A stretch of DNA of 64,000 bases from positions 32,001 through 96,000 of the forward strand of contig CAVTUQ010000001.1 of NCBI GenBank assembly GCA_963737905.1, read 5' to 3'. Both the position numbers and the translations under genes were made by a program. A model generated the notes under the pieces. The model had not been told where the DNA came from. It did no database searches and worked only from the letters and a program-made list of their open reading frames with translations. The stretch is from an uncultured delta proteobacterium. GTDB lineage: Bacteria > Desulfobacterota > Binatia > UBA9968. Positions 20,758 through 30,966 of this stretch are shown here, one piece after another (position 1 is the first letter of the stretch; each line of letters opens with the position of its first letter).

Positions 20758-21759
20758 TTAGGATACAGATCCCAGTGCGGGAAGGATGTCTTCCAAATAG
20801 ATCCGGAATTGCTCGTCGAGGTTTTGGCCGATGGGCCGAACCGTGATGTGATCGACTCCCGCGTCTATGAAATTTTGAAGAGAGCGTACACAATGCCCGA
20901 CGGGCCCGCAGGCAGTCCAGATTTCCACTCCTTCGCGTGAAAAGTCCTTGAGGTAATAGGCGTCAAGAAACACCTTGGCCTCCCGGAAGGCTTGCTCTCG
21001 ATCTCGATTTACGCTGATGCCGTAGTACAAAACGGTTTTGAACGCGTCGGGATCTCGACCTTCTTCGACCAACATTTCTCGCAAGCGCTTCAAGTAATGT
21101 TGGAGCAACTTGAGCTCAATTTGGTTCGTCATCCAACCGTCCGCGTAACGGGCAATGCGCCGTAACGAGCGCTCAACTCCACCCTCACCGATGCTACTTG
21201 CGCGCGGGGTACCCGCGATATAGATCGGGCACGGCTGTTGAGCGGGCTTGGGGAGCAGATTGACGTCGTGAAAGGCATAGTACTTCCCGTGAAAAGCGGC
21301 GTGTTCATCCGACCAAAGAACGCGCAGGGCCTGAATCATCTCTTCGAGTCTCCCCGGTCGCTCTTTGCTCGCGATGCCCATGACCTCGAGTTCCTTGGCG
21401 GCCGTTGGATGTTGGCTCGCCGGGTATCCCATGCAGGCAGCTAGCCACGTGCGTCCGCCGGATAGTACATCGAGACTGGCCCACTGCAAGGCAAGCAGCA
21501 CGGGATTGCGCTGCGCGATGGTTGCCATGCAGGCGACGCCGAGACGGAGCCGCGATGTGTGTCCAGCGATGGCGCCTAAGAGCGGTATGCACTCCAAGCG
21601 AGGCTTGCTGAGAATGCTATCGCCTACCCAGATGGCCTCGATCCTCCCTGAAGCCTCGGCTCTCACGGCCATATCGATGAGATCTTTCGGTTGCGTGCCC
21701 TGGGTAACCACAGCCCGATTGGATAATGTGAGGCCAAAAGTTGTTTTTTCCTGTGACAT
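20758..21759 (-). CDS. LLM class flavin-dependent oxidoreductase
   Basis: WVGDS, ASLDVLSGGR, PKPAQQPCPIYIAG, YADGW. Confidence 0.9.
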   Translation of the reverse strand: MSQEKTTFGLTLSNRAVVTQGTQPKDLIDMAVRAEASGRIEAIWVGDSILSKPRLECIPLLGAIAGHTSRLRLGVACMATIAQRNPVLLALQWASLDVLSGGRTWLAACMGYPASQHPTAAKELEVMGIASKERPGRLEEMIQALRVLWSDEHAAFHGKYYAFHDVNLLPKPAQQPCPIYIAGTPRASSIGEGGVERSLRRIARYADGWMTNQIELKLLQHYLKRLREMLVEEGRDPDAFKTVLYYGISVNRDREQAFREAKVFLDAYYLKDFSREGVEIWTACGPVGHCVRSLQNFIDAGVDHITVRPIGQNLDEQFRIYLEDILPALGSVS

Positions 21760-21872
21760 GCGGGGAAATATATGACGAGGCCGCTATCCAATACAAACTC
21801 GATGGACCCTCCAGACGATGAGTCTAGTCCGGACTCTCCAAGCTTCGAAGAAAAAACCCCGAACAGCTAAAA

Positions 21873-21901
21873 TTGACCTGCCGCGCGGCGGATTGTATAA
21901 G
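21873..21901 (+). promoter_or_regulatory. putative sigma70 promoter
   Basis: TTGACC-N17-TATAAG with GGAGG RBS downstream. Confidence 0.55.
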
Positions 21902-21920
21902 GAAATGGAGGTAAACATTT

Positions 21921-23042
21921 ATGAGCTATGTCGATGCCGACGGTCACGTCGAGGAAAGCCTCGCAACTTTTGACGACAAATATCTGGATCCCAATTTTCG
22001 TTCCCAACGTCCCAGGGTCGTGGGCATGGATGGCCTGGTCTACTGGGATATCGACGAACAGTTATTTCCGCGCCGCGTGGGCCGCGGCTGTAATAATTTA
22101 GGGACACCCACCAGCTACAACGGAACTCCTGCGATTCACAGCGCGGGGAAACCTGAAAGTGTCGGCTGCATGGAGCTAACCGACCTCGGCGCGCGGCTCC
22201 AGATCATGGATGAAGAAGAGATTGCAGCCCAGGTGATTTATCCGACGCTCTTTCTGGCCTATCCGCTGAGCTCCAACCCCGCCTTCGTGACCGCGCTCTG
22301 TTCCTCTTATAATCGCTGGTTGGGTGATTGGCTTTCGGGGCACGATCGGCTCAAATGGGCCGCCGTGGTTAATTTAGACGACGTCAAGTCGGCCGCTCAA
22401 GAAGTGCGCGATGTCAAGCGGCTCGGCGCATCGGCGGTTATGGTACTGGGCACGGCGGGAGATCGCCAACTAGATGACCCGCTGCTTTTCCCGTTTTATG
22501 AAGCGATCTGTGATGCGAGCCTTCCGCTCGCCGTCCACGTGGGGTGGGCCTGTCCGTCAATCAATAACCTCTATACACATATTTATCCGTCCGGCGTCGT
22601 CGCGTTTCATTTTCCCGTGCTCATGGGATTCGCCGCGCTCATCAGCGGCGGCATTTTAGATCGCTTTCCAAAGCTTAGGGCGGTTTTTCTCGAAGCGGGC
22701 TCCATGTGGGTGCCTTACATGATCGACCGCTTGAACCACCGCTTTCAAAATCAGGGCAAAAAATTGGCCAACTTCCTGCCTCAAACCAAACCGATCCAAA
22801 GGTTGCCGGTCATGGACTACATCAAGCGCGGCAATCTCTTCTTTAGCGCGGAGCTGGAGGATTCCATTTTGCCGCAGGTCATGGATCTCGTGGGAGAAAC
22901 CCAGGTGGTGATGGGAACCGATATGCCCCACGGCGATCGGGAACGTTTCGCCGCGCGTCATCTGCAGGAGCGAAAAGACTTGAGCGCCTCAGCCGTAACC
23001 CATATCCTCGATCACAACCCATCACGGCTTTACGGCCTTTAG
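21921..23042 (+). CDS. amidohydrolase-2 family protein
   Basis: VDADGHVEE, FPKLRAVFLEAG, GTDMPHGD. Confidence 0.9.
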   Translation: MSYVDADGHVEESLATFDDKYLDPNFRSQRPRVVGMDGLVYWDIDEQLFPRRVGRGCNNLGTPTSYNGTPAIHSAGKPESVGCMELTDLGARLQIMDEEEIAAQVIYPTLFLAYPLSSNPAFVTALCSSYNRWLGDWLSGHDRLKWAAVVNLDDVKSAAQEVRDVKRLGASAVMVLGTAGDRQLDDPLLFPFYEAICDASLPLAVHVGWACPSINNLYTHIYPSGVVAFHFPVLMGFAALISGGILDRFPKLRAVFLEAGSMWVPYMIDRLNHRFQNQGKKLANFLPQTKPIQRLPVMDYIKRGNLFFSAELEDSILPQVMDLVGETQVVMGTDMPHGDRERFAARHLQERKDLSASAVTHILDHNPSRLYGL

Positions 23043-23084
23043 GCCAAGGATGAAGTGGAAAGATGAAAGGTCCCGAGAGAGCAT

Positions 23085-24087
23085 TTAGCGTTTCTTGTAA
23101 AGCTTCTCGATAAAACCTTCGGCTACCAGGCGGTCGACGATTGCATTGTCGGCGATAGTTTCGATGGGGATCGGCTTCTTCCCCATAAATTCCACGATGG
23201 GCGCGATCGCTTCGGGCTCTACCCGCGGCACTCGCTCCACAAATTTGACCGCATCATCATAAAGTTCCTCGATCAACTTCGAGTCTTTGAGCCGCAGTAT
23301 ATTTCCCGATTACCTTCAGCGCCTTTTCCTTCTGAAAGTGGGTCGCCGCCACACCCTCGGTATAGGCCCGCACGATCGCTTCCACGATCTCTGGAGATCG
23401 CCGGTAAAAATCGCGCGACACCGCGATCACGACATTGGAGTACTGGATCCCCAATTCACCCAGGTCGACGAGCATCCGCTTCGGGGCATCGACCCGCAAC
23501 GCTGAGATGACTGCGCCGGCGATTTGCCGGTGTTGGAAAGCGGCCGCCATTTCCGGCGTTCCACCCATCTGTCGCACATTGACCGCTCCATCGAGTTTAT
23601 ACTTCCGCAACAGGATTCTGGTCAGATTATCCGTGACGGATCCAAAGCGCGAAACGCCCAGGGTTTTCCCCCGCAAGTCCTCGAGCCGGGTGATCTCCGG
23701 ATGCACCCACAGGCGGTAATAGGGACGGTTCACGAGGCTCATCACGGAAACCAGAGGGGCACCACCTAACACCGCGGCAATCACCGCGTTGGTCGCTGCC
23801 AACCCGGCCTGCAGGTCCCCTCCGATCAGCGCCTGGACCACCACCGGCCCCGCAGAAATATAAATAAGGTCGGCAGCGATGCCATACTTCTCGAAAGCCC
23901 CGATCTCTTTCGCCATCCACAATCCGGTTCCGGCCGGCCCCACCGTAGAATAGCCGAGGGTGAGTTTTTTCAATTCCGCCGGATAGCCAGCGCCGCCGAA
24001 ACATAAAAAAATCAGCAAACCCAACACGGCTCGCTCAAAAAGTCTCCATGCATGTTTTATACTACCCACGGTCCCCCTATAGTCCAT
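23085..24087 (-). CDS. NMT1-like ABC substrate-binding protein (frameshift near 23290)
   Basis: LWMAKEIGAF, LRGKTLGVSRFGS; C-terminal part in ORF 23085-23276. Confidence 0.8.
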
Positions 24088-24366
24088 GTAGTAGAGGCAA
24101 TCATTCGGAACCAGGCGGGAATACCCTCCATTGTCGATCCCTTAAATGTCAGCGTCCACCACACCTAGCCGTTTAGTAATTGATATTCGCCGTGCCGGAG
24201 TACGCTGTGACGGCCTCTCCTCGACGGAGATGAATAATCACCTGAGATTCGGCCACTATGCAACACGCAAGCAACCAACGCAACGCAAGCCGGCTTCAGA
24301 AAATCGCTCACCTTGACAGGAGAGTGCGCGACGCACTATACAGCTAACTAATAGGAGGGAGTCATC

Positions 24367-25179
24367 ATGGGCAAATTGAGACACATCGCCTTTATTTCCA
24401 AGGAGCCTAAAAAGCTTAGCGATTTTTACCAGAAATTTTTCGACCTCGAAGAGGTTAAGGTTTTCCCGAGCGGGTCGCGGATGGTGATCGATGGCCTCTT
24501 CAATTTAGCTTTCCTCCAGCAGCACGTAGCGAAAGCCGAAGTCATCGGCACCCACAGAGTGGACGGCAGTGAAGCCAACCAGATCCAGGGGATCGCCCAC
24601 TACGGCTTCATGGTGGATAGGCTGGATGAAGCCGTCGCAAAGTTACCGCCGACTCTCAAGCGGGGAGACAGCCCCCAGGTTTCCGGCGGCGTTTCAGGTC
24701 CGGAAGCGGCCCGGCCGGCGGAGGTCCGGTTTATCGATCCGTGGGGCAACAACGTGGACATCTCATCCCGGGGCTTTCTCGCTCGCGAAGAGAAACGGCT
24801 GCCAGGTGTCCGGCTTGCCGCGGTGCAGGTTACGGATCCCGACAAGGCCTGTGAGTTTTATAAATCGCAATTCGATCTGGAGGTGGCGGAGCGAAAGCCC
24901 GACGGCTCGATTCTGCTGAGCGACGGAACCGTGAAGCTGATGCTCACCCGAAAACAGACTCTCGACCGCGGCGGCATCCAGTACTTCGGCATCCAGGTGG
25001 ATAATCTGCCGGCCGTCCGGCAACGGCTTACCGATGGTGGCGTCCAGATCTCCTCCGTCGATGGCGCGCCCGAGCCAGATTCGCATCAGCGATCCCGAAG
25101 GCAACCAGGTCGTAATTTCAGAGTGACTCTACACCCTCACCTTAATCCCCTCCCTTTGAGGGAGGGGAGACTTCTTTAG
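24367..25179 (+). CDS. two-domain VOC/glyoxalase protein (probable frameshift near 25070)
   Basis: KLRHIAF, GIAHYGF, DPWGNNVDIS; terminal DPEGN motif in shifted frame. Confidence 0.8.
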   Translation: MGKLRHIAFISKEPKKLSDFYQKFFDLEEVKVFPSGSRMVIDGLFNLAFLQQHVAKAEVIGTHRVDGSEANQIQGIAHYGFMVDRLDEAVAKLPPTLKRGDSPQVSGGVSGPEAARPAEVRFIDPWGNNVDISSRGFLAREEKRLPGVRLAAVQVTDPDKACEFYKSQFDLEVAERKPDGSILLSDGTVKLMLTRKQTLDRGGIQYFGIQVDNLPAVRQRLTDGGVQISSVDGAPEPDSHQRSRRQPGRNFRVTLHPHLNPLPLREGRLL

Positions 25180-25218
25180 TTCCCTCTCCCCTTGCGGGAG
25201 AGGGCTGGGGTGAGGGGT
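25132..25218. repeat. CCCTC-rich palindromic repeat
   Basis: CCCTCACC...CCCTCCCTTTGAGGGAGGGG...CCCTCTCCCCTTGCGGGAGAGGG...GGTGAGGGG. Confidence 0.6.
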
Positions 25219-25261
25219 ATGTAAACTTATTTATAGCCTTGCTTAGGTCCAGCATCCGGCG

Positions 25262-26257
25262 ATGCTCATGCGACGGCAGATCTTGATCAGTTGCGCGTTT
25301 CTGGCATCGGCTCTCTTCTGGGGTCAGGGATATGCACAGGAAAGGCTCAAGATCTCGTACAGCTCCATCGACGCGCCCAACGCCAACTGGTACATCGCCG
25401 AAGACAAGAAGTTATATCAAAAGTACGGTTTAGACACGGACCTAATCTTCATCTCCAGCTCGACAACGAACGTGGCCGCTGTCGTTGCAGGGTACGTCAA
25501 AGTTGGCAATATCTCGGGCGGCGCCCTCGCGAATGCCGCGGTTGGCGGGGCCGATCTGGTCTGCGTCGGCTCCTTCATCAACACGCTTCCCTACGACCTG
25601 ATCGTCAACGAATCGATCAAATCGCCTCAAAATTTGAAGGGCAAAAGCATCGGCATTAGCCGAGTGGGGAGTTCCTCTGATGTTGCGGCCCGAGTGTTTC
25701 TCAAGGCTCTGGGGTTAGAGGCGGACAAAGATGTGGCGATTCTCCAGGTCGGCGGCTCTCCGGAAAGGGCAGCCGCTTTCCGCACCGGCAGAATCGCCGG
25801 CTTCACCTCGCCTCCCGGGACGGTCGAGCTCACCCAAGGCATGCCCCACCGCATTCTGGTCAGCATGGGAGACTTGCCGAAACGCTTTCCGTTTCCCTAC
25901 GTCTGCGTGACCACCACAAAGAGCTATCTGGCGAGCAACCGTATAACGGTCAAGAGGATCATGATGGCGCTCATCGATGGGACGCACTTTTTCAAAACCC
26001 ACAAGGAGGAAAGCAAAAGGATCTTTGCCAAATACTCGCGCCAAAACAACGAGGGCTACCTCGAAGCGGGCTATCAGGCCAACACCAAACTGTTTGAGCG
26101 GGTACCGTTTGCGACCAAGGAAGGAATGGAAATTCAGATCAAGGAGGCGCTGGCGCGCAAACCCGGCGCGACCCTCAGGGTCAATGACGTGGTCGACGAC
26201 AGTATCGTCTTGGAGCTAGAGAAGGAAGGCTTCATCGATCGCGTTTACAAGCAGTGA
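25262..26257 (+). CDS. NMT1-like ABC substrate-binding protein
   Basis: signal peptide, LKGKSIGISRVGSSSD, ELEKEGFIDRVY. Confidence 0.88.
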   Translation: MLMRRQILISCAFLASALFWGQGYAQERLKISYSSIDAPNANWYIAEDKKLYQKYGLDTDLIFISSSTTNVAAVVAGYVKVGNISGGALANAAVGGADLVCVGSFINTLPYDLIVNESIKSPQNLKGKSIGISRVGSSSDVAARVFLKALGLEADKDVAILQVGGSPERAAAFRTGRIAGFTSPPGTVELTQGMPHRILVSMGDLPKRFPFPYVCVTTTKSYLASNRITVKRIMMALIDGTHFFKTHKEESKRIFAKYSRQNNEGYLEAGYQANTKLFERVPFATKEGMEIQIKEALARKPGATLRVNDVVDDSIVLELEKEGFIDRVYKQ

Positions 26258-26354
26258 TTTCGCTTCCGGAAATTCCCCGCCATGGACATGAGTGTTTTCT
26301 TAGTGAGAAAGGGCCGTAGCTGAGATTGCCCGTAAATGTTGAGGGTTTTGGGTG

Positions 26355-26407
26355 TGGCCAGGGACAGAATCGAACCGCCGGCACGAGGATTTTCAGTCCT
26401 CGTGCCG
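26355..26407 (-). repeat. tRNA-Phe(GAA) 3'-half remnant / att-like site, copy 1
   Basis: minus strand GAGGA-CTGAAAA-TCCTC GTGCC GGCGG TTCGATT CTGTC CCTGGCCA; no D-arm; perfect 11-bp inverted repeat around the 7-nt loop. Confidence 0.85.
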
Positions 26408-26829
26408 TAGCGGGACTATGTGACGCTATCGGTCGCTATTGGTATCTATTCAAGCGTTTAACGGCGGTTTTCGGAGCGTGATTTTACCGATTCGAACGCA
26501 TAGTGACATATAGTTCTTTCAAAGCACATTCAAAGCAGCCTATTTTGAAGTCCGCTCGCTTTTTCTTCCGGCAGGCAGGACATGCACCTTCCATTGGACA
26601 AAACAAGCACAGCCGAGATCGGCCCTCGCCTTGCAGGCGGCCTTTGCCGATATTAATATCCACAAAAGCCGATCTGTATATTACTGGTTGAACTAAACCG
26701 CTTCGCGGTGGCTGTGGTTGCGTAGGGCCGGTTGTTTTCACTCACCTTTTGTTTTCCATTTACTTCCTGGCTCATTATGATCATCTGATTTAGCGTAGCT
26801 CCCAGATTTAAATCCAAGGAGGATTTTTT

Positions 26830-27642
26830 ATGGGAGCACTACGAGAGAAGATGATCGAGGAGATAAGGCTACGCAACTTCTCGCCGAGAACTGAGCACTC
26901 CTACGTTTCGGCAATGGTGGGGCTGGCCAAGTATTACCGTCAGTCACCGGATCAACTCAGTCAGGAACAGATCCGGGCTTATCTGTTGCATCTCAGAGAA
27001 CGGGGTTTATCGCCAAGCTCGCGCAACGTGGCGATCTCGGGGATGAAGTTCTTTTACCAACAGTGTCTGGGGTGGAACGAAAAGCAGTTATTCATTCCGC
27101 CGAGAAAACGGAGCTGGCAATTACCCGAGGTGTTAAGCCAGAAGGAAGTCGAGCGATTGCTGTTGGCTGCCACAACGCAACGCGACCGTTGTCTGTTGAT
27201 GACCGCCTACGCCACAGGGCTAAGGGTAAGCGAGCTGGTCAGGCTCAAAGTCAGCGCCATCGACAGCCACCGGATGATGGTGCGGGTGGAACAGGGCAAG
27301 GGGCGCAAGGACCGCTACACGACTTTATCCCAGCGGCTGCTCTGTGAACTGCGCTTCTATTGGAAGGAGCATCGCTCGCCGACTTATTTGTTTCCCAATC
27401 GAAAGGGCACACCGATCTCGATCGACTACGCCCAGAAAACCTACAATCGGGCGAAGCTTCGGGCTGGCATTGAAAAAGGGCACGGGATTCATACGCTCAG
27501 GCACTGTTTTGCTACTCATCTTTTGGAAGCCGGGGTGGATCTGAGAACCATTCAGACGCTATTGGGTATACCTCTTTGCTCAGCACAGAGCGTTATTTGC
27601 AGATTCGCCAGCATCGGATCACAGTCATGGCCAATCCTTTAG
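26830..27642 (+). CDS. tyrosine recombinase (IntI-related, IS91-associated), frameshift near C-terminus
   Basis: YATGLRVSE, GKGRKDR, HTLRHCFATHLLEAGVDLRTIQ.LLG; STERYL in the next frame. Confidence 0.9.
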   Translation: MGALREKMIEEIRLRNFSPRTEHSYVSAMVGLAKYYRQSPDQLSQEQIRAYLLHLRERGLSPSSRNVAISGMKFFYQQCLGWNEKQLFIPPRKRSWQLPEVLSQKEVERLLLAATTQRDRCLLMTAYATGLRVSELVRLKVSAIDSHRMMVRVEQGKGRKDRYTTLSQRLLCELRFYWKEHRSPTYLFPNRKGTPISIDYAQKTYNRAKLRAGIEKGHGIHTLRHCFATHLLEAGVDLRTIQTLLGIPLCSAQSVICRFASIGSQSWPIL

Positions 27643-27679
27643 ATTTACTGCGGCTACGGACTAAGAAGGCAGAGTCGCA

Positions 27680-28830
27680 GTGCTGTCGCGCGCGCATGGG
27701 CGAGCGGCAGGACAGACCAAGGGCCCCCGAGCTAGCCGATATTTTTCGCCAATACGGGCAGAGCTACGCAAGACGCATCGATTATCGGCCGCTCAGCAAA
27801 AGGTCATGCGGGCCGTTGAGACCTGTCGCACGGCGGAATTGGGAGGGCATCTCAAGCAGTGCGACAGGTGCGGCTTTGAGCACCGAGTTATAATTCCTGC
27901 CGTAACCGCCACTGTCCTAAATGCCAGTCGCTGGCCAAAGCCAAGTGGTTGGAAAAACAAACCGCTGAGCTTTTGCCGGTGGGATACTTCCATCTAGTGT
28001 TTGCCTTGCCGCATGAATTTAACCGGCTGATCCTCGCCATAAAAAGATTGGCTTGAGTCTTCTGTTTAAAGCCGTCAGTGAAACGTTACTAGAGTTTGGC
28101 CAGACACGTCTTAAGGGAACTCTCGGAATCATCGCCGTGCTTCATACCTGGGATCAAACTCTCAAAGATCATTTTCATCTGCACTGCCTGGTTCCCGCGG
28201 CGCCTGTCTTTGGATCACAGCCGTTGGATTGGAGCACGGCCAAACTCTGTTTCCCATCACCGCTCTGTCCCAGGTGTTTCGGGGAAGTTTCTGGCTTTGT
28301 TACAACAGGCCTGTGAAAAAGGAAAAATCCCGGCGGCTACCAACGAGACTAAAGCCGCACGCCAAAAGAGCTGGGTGGTCTACGCCAAAAAGCCGTTCGG
28401 CTCTCCACAAACCGTGCTTGATTACCTCGGCCGCTATACCCACCGCGTGGCGTTGTCCAACGAGCGCATCCTTTCGGTCCAAAACGGTCAGGTCACCTTG
28501 AGTTATCGAGATCGCAAAGATGGGGATAAAAAAAAGACGGTCTCTCTTGAGGCCCAGAATGATCCGTCGCTTCCTGCTTCACGTCTTGCCTGATGGCTTC
28601 ATGCGCATCCGTCACTTCGGCTTCTTAGCCAACCGAGCCAAGAAGCATGCGCTCCCTCAATGCCGAAAGCTCTTGGGGCTAGTGCTGCCCTGCCCGAGCT
28701 TCCTAAAAAATCAGCCCACGATCTTTTGCTGGAACTTTCCGGCATCGATCTTTCTCGCTGCCCTCGTTGCCTGAAGGGAACCCTGATCGTCATTGGTGAG
28801 CTGCCGAAGGTGTCGCGACGGATTCCTCAT
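27680..28830 (+). pseudogene. IS91-family (Y2) transposase, several frameshifts
   Basis: CRTAELGGH..CDRCG, CRNRHCPKCQ, LHTWDQTL..HFHLHC, YLGRYTHRVA, RFLLHVLPDGFMRIRHFG spread over frames. Confidence 0.88.
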
Positions 28831-29065
28831 GACAAAGAGTTCACCTAACTTTACGACTCTCAATCCGCCGGGGCGCGGGTGCGTCTGCCTGTGCGAAAAA
28901 ACAACTCCCAACCCGCACCGCAGCGTCCTCACCAGCGAAAATTGACGCCACCGCTCTCTACCCGTATCTCACTGGCATTCTATCTTTATCCCAACTGCCG
29001 TCCCCGGCCATCTTGCGCATAATACAATCCCCATAGTCGAAACTGCACGGCGGCTACGCGGTTTA

Positions 29066-29159
29066 GTCCAACCCGTTTTATCCCCCCGTTGAACCTTAGC
29101 CCATCTCTCCGAGGCTTGATTGCTTCCAGGCTTTAGGGATAAAACGCTATACGTTCGCC
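29066..29159 (+). other. attC-like site
   Basis: GTCCAAC...CGTTTTATCCC/GGGATAAAACG stem...GTTCGCC. Confidence 0.5.
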
Positions 29160-29299
29160 CGAAAACCTGCCACGGAAAGCAAGTATGGAGACAACCAGAT
29201 GCCGAACTAGGCGGCCGTTGAGAACCACTTTTACGGCGAGGAGTCGAGTGAGGTGGAAGCGGCCCTGAAAACCGTCACCAACAATCGGAGGACACGTTC

Positions 29300-30179
29300 A
29301 TGACTACGGAAGGGAAAAATGCCGCTGCCGAAGAGGCGATCACGAAGGAAGCGCTAACCCGCTACCAAGCTACGACGGGCCCCCGCCTGCGCGAGATCAT
29401 CTTGAGCCTGATCAAGCATCTGCATGGCTTTGCGCGCGACGTGCGGCTGACCGGCGACGAGTACCTCTTCGCGATGAACTATCTGGTCCAGCTGGGCGGT
29501 TACTGCAAGGGCGGCAGGCAGGAATTCCTCGCGCTCGCCGAGATGCTCGGGCTCGAAACCCTGGTGATCCAGATATCGCAACCGAAGCCGGAAGGCGCGA
29601 CGCTGCCGGGCGTGCTCGGACCGTTCTTCCTTCCGAACGCACCCTCTTTCGCGAACGGCGCCGACATCGCCGAAGACGTCGCGGGCGAGCCTCTCTACGT
29701 CTCGGGGCGTATTCTCGCGATCGATCGTCGGCCTGTTCCAAACGCGACCATCAACGTCTGGCAATCGGACGGGCGGGGACTGTACGACGTGCAGGGTGAC
29801 CTGGCCAAGGACGGAATGCGGACGCGGGGGCAATTGAAGAGCGAGCCGGACGGTCGCTATTCGTTCTGGACGGTCGTCCCCATCGGCTATCCAGTCCCGA
29901 ATGACGGGGGGATGGGCGACCTGGTCAAGTATACCTCGAACGGGGGCTGGCGGCCGGCGCACGTTCACTTCATGATCGAGGCCGATGGGCCACGACACCC
30001 TGGTGACGCAAATCTGCGTGCGTGGCAGTGAGTACCTCGACCGGGACGCTGCCTTTTCGGTACGGGACGGGCTGATCGCAGACTTCCCGCGGCATCAGCC
30101 CGGTAAGGCGCCTGACGGCCGCCAGATGGATCGCCCGTTCCACACCATGGACTACGACTTCGTATTGACCCGCGCATGA
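29300..30179 (+). CDS. intradiol ring-cleavage (hydroxyquinol-type) dioxygenase, frameshift near 29990
   Basis: PRLREII..L.KHLH, LGPF, VWQSDGRGLYDVQ, WRPAHVHF; TLVTQI..YDFVL in next frame. Confidence 0.88.
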
Positions 30180-30251
30180 TCAAGGGCGTCATGTTGGAGG
30201 ATGAAAAAGTCCCGGTGAGTCAACTCCAACCTATGCCACGGGGTAAGGCAG

Positions 30252-30312
30252 GCCGAACAAGCCGCTGCAGACCGATCGCTGAAAAGCGCGCCGGCTGAGC
30301 GTTACGTTAGCC
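30252..30312 (+). other. integron attC site
   Basis: GCCGAAC AAGCCGCTGCAG...GCTGAGC GTTAC GTTAGCC, 61 bp, R''/L''/L'/R' layout. Confidence 0.75.
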
Positions 30313-30332
30313 AGACTTCTTGGTTATCAATT

Positions 30333-30854
30333 ATGAATGAAGCACCAGTCCGCGTCGTACCCTACGATCCGACATGGATCAACAAGTTCGAGAGCGAAAA
30401 AGTCTTCCTTGAGAAACTTCTCACACCTTGGCGAAATGGTCCAATCGAACATGTTGGGAGCACCGCCGTAGTTGGTCTTTGCGCAAAACCTGTCATAGAT
30501 ATCATGGCCGGTGTGACGTCTCTCTCGGAATCTGAACCGGCCAAGAACATCCTATCCCAGGCGGGATATCAGTACGCTGAATACAAAACGGACGTCATGC
30601 ACTGGTTCTGCAAGCCGTCATTCATCATGCGAACCCATCATTTGCACCTCGTTCCGTTCGAGAGCCCACTGTGGTACGAGCGCTTGGCGTTTCGAGACCT
30701 TCTCCGAACGAACTCTAAAGTGGCAGAAGAATACGCCGCCCTAAAGCAAGAGTTGGCTTGCAGGTTTGAATTCGACAGGGAAGCTTATACCGACGCAAAA
30801 TATCCATTCATTATGCGTGCGCTTGGTTTTCCTAGAACTGAGGGGGCTGGCTAA
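30333..30854 (+). CDS. GrpB/UPF0157 family protein (gene cassette)
   Basis: VVPYDPTW, IEHVGSTAV.GL.AKPVIDI, FRDLLR, YTDAK; bounded by GTTAGCC and GGCTAAC. Confidence 0.9.
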   Translation: MNEAPVRVVPYDPTWINKFESEKVFLEKLLTPWRNGPIEHVGSTAVVGLCAKPVIDIMAGVTSLSESEPAKNILSQAGYQYAEYKTDVMHWFCKPSFIMRTHHLHLVPFESPLWYERLAFRDLLRTNSKVAEEYAALKQELACRFEFDREAYTDAKYPFIMRALGFPRTEGAG

Positions 30855-30966
30855 CAACAGGAACAGAAGGTAGTCCGGAATGTTCCGGTCCTGCTAATCT
30901 AATGCACGTCTAACCCGCCGCTTGAGCCGGGGCGCAAGGCACCCGCTCGGGTCGCCTGATCGCGCA

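Larger units (their letters stand above)
26686..29159 (+). mobile_element. tyrosine recombinase + IS91-family transposase element
   Basis: gene pair bracketed by GGTTGAACTAAACCGC (26686-26701) and GCGGTTTAGTCCAACC (29058-29073), a 15/16 inverted repeat. Confidence 0.75.

Noticed and set aside
26830-27642. This recombinase as the integrase of the tRNA-Phe elements
   Set aside because: It is the short type coupled to IS91 transposases, has no evident arm-binding domain and occurs in only one period; not excluded but unsupported.
27550-28700. Programmed frameshifting or wholesale pseudogenisation
   Set aside because: Single-base indels affect many unrelated genes (GFA, DGPF, SBP, VOC, dioxygenase, kinase, toxin), consistent with sequencing error. 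Only the IS3 A-run fits a known programmed shift. Read mapping would settle this.
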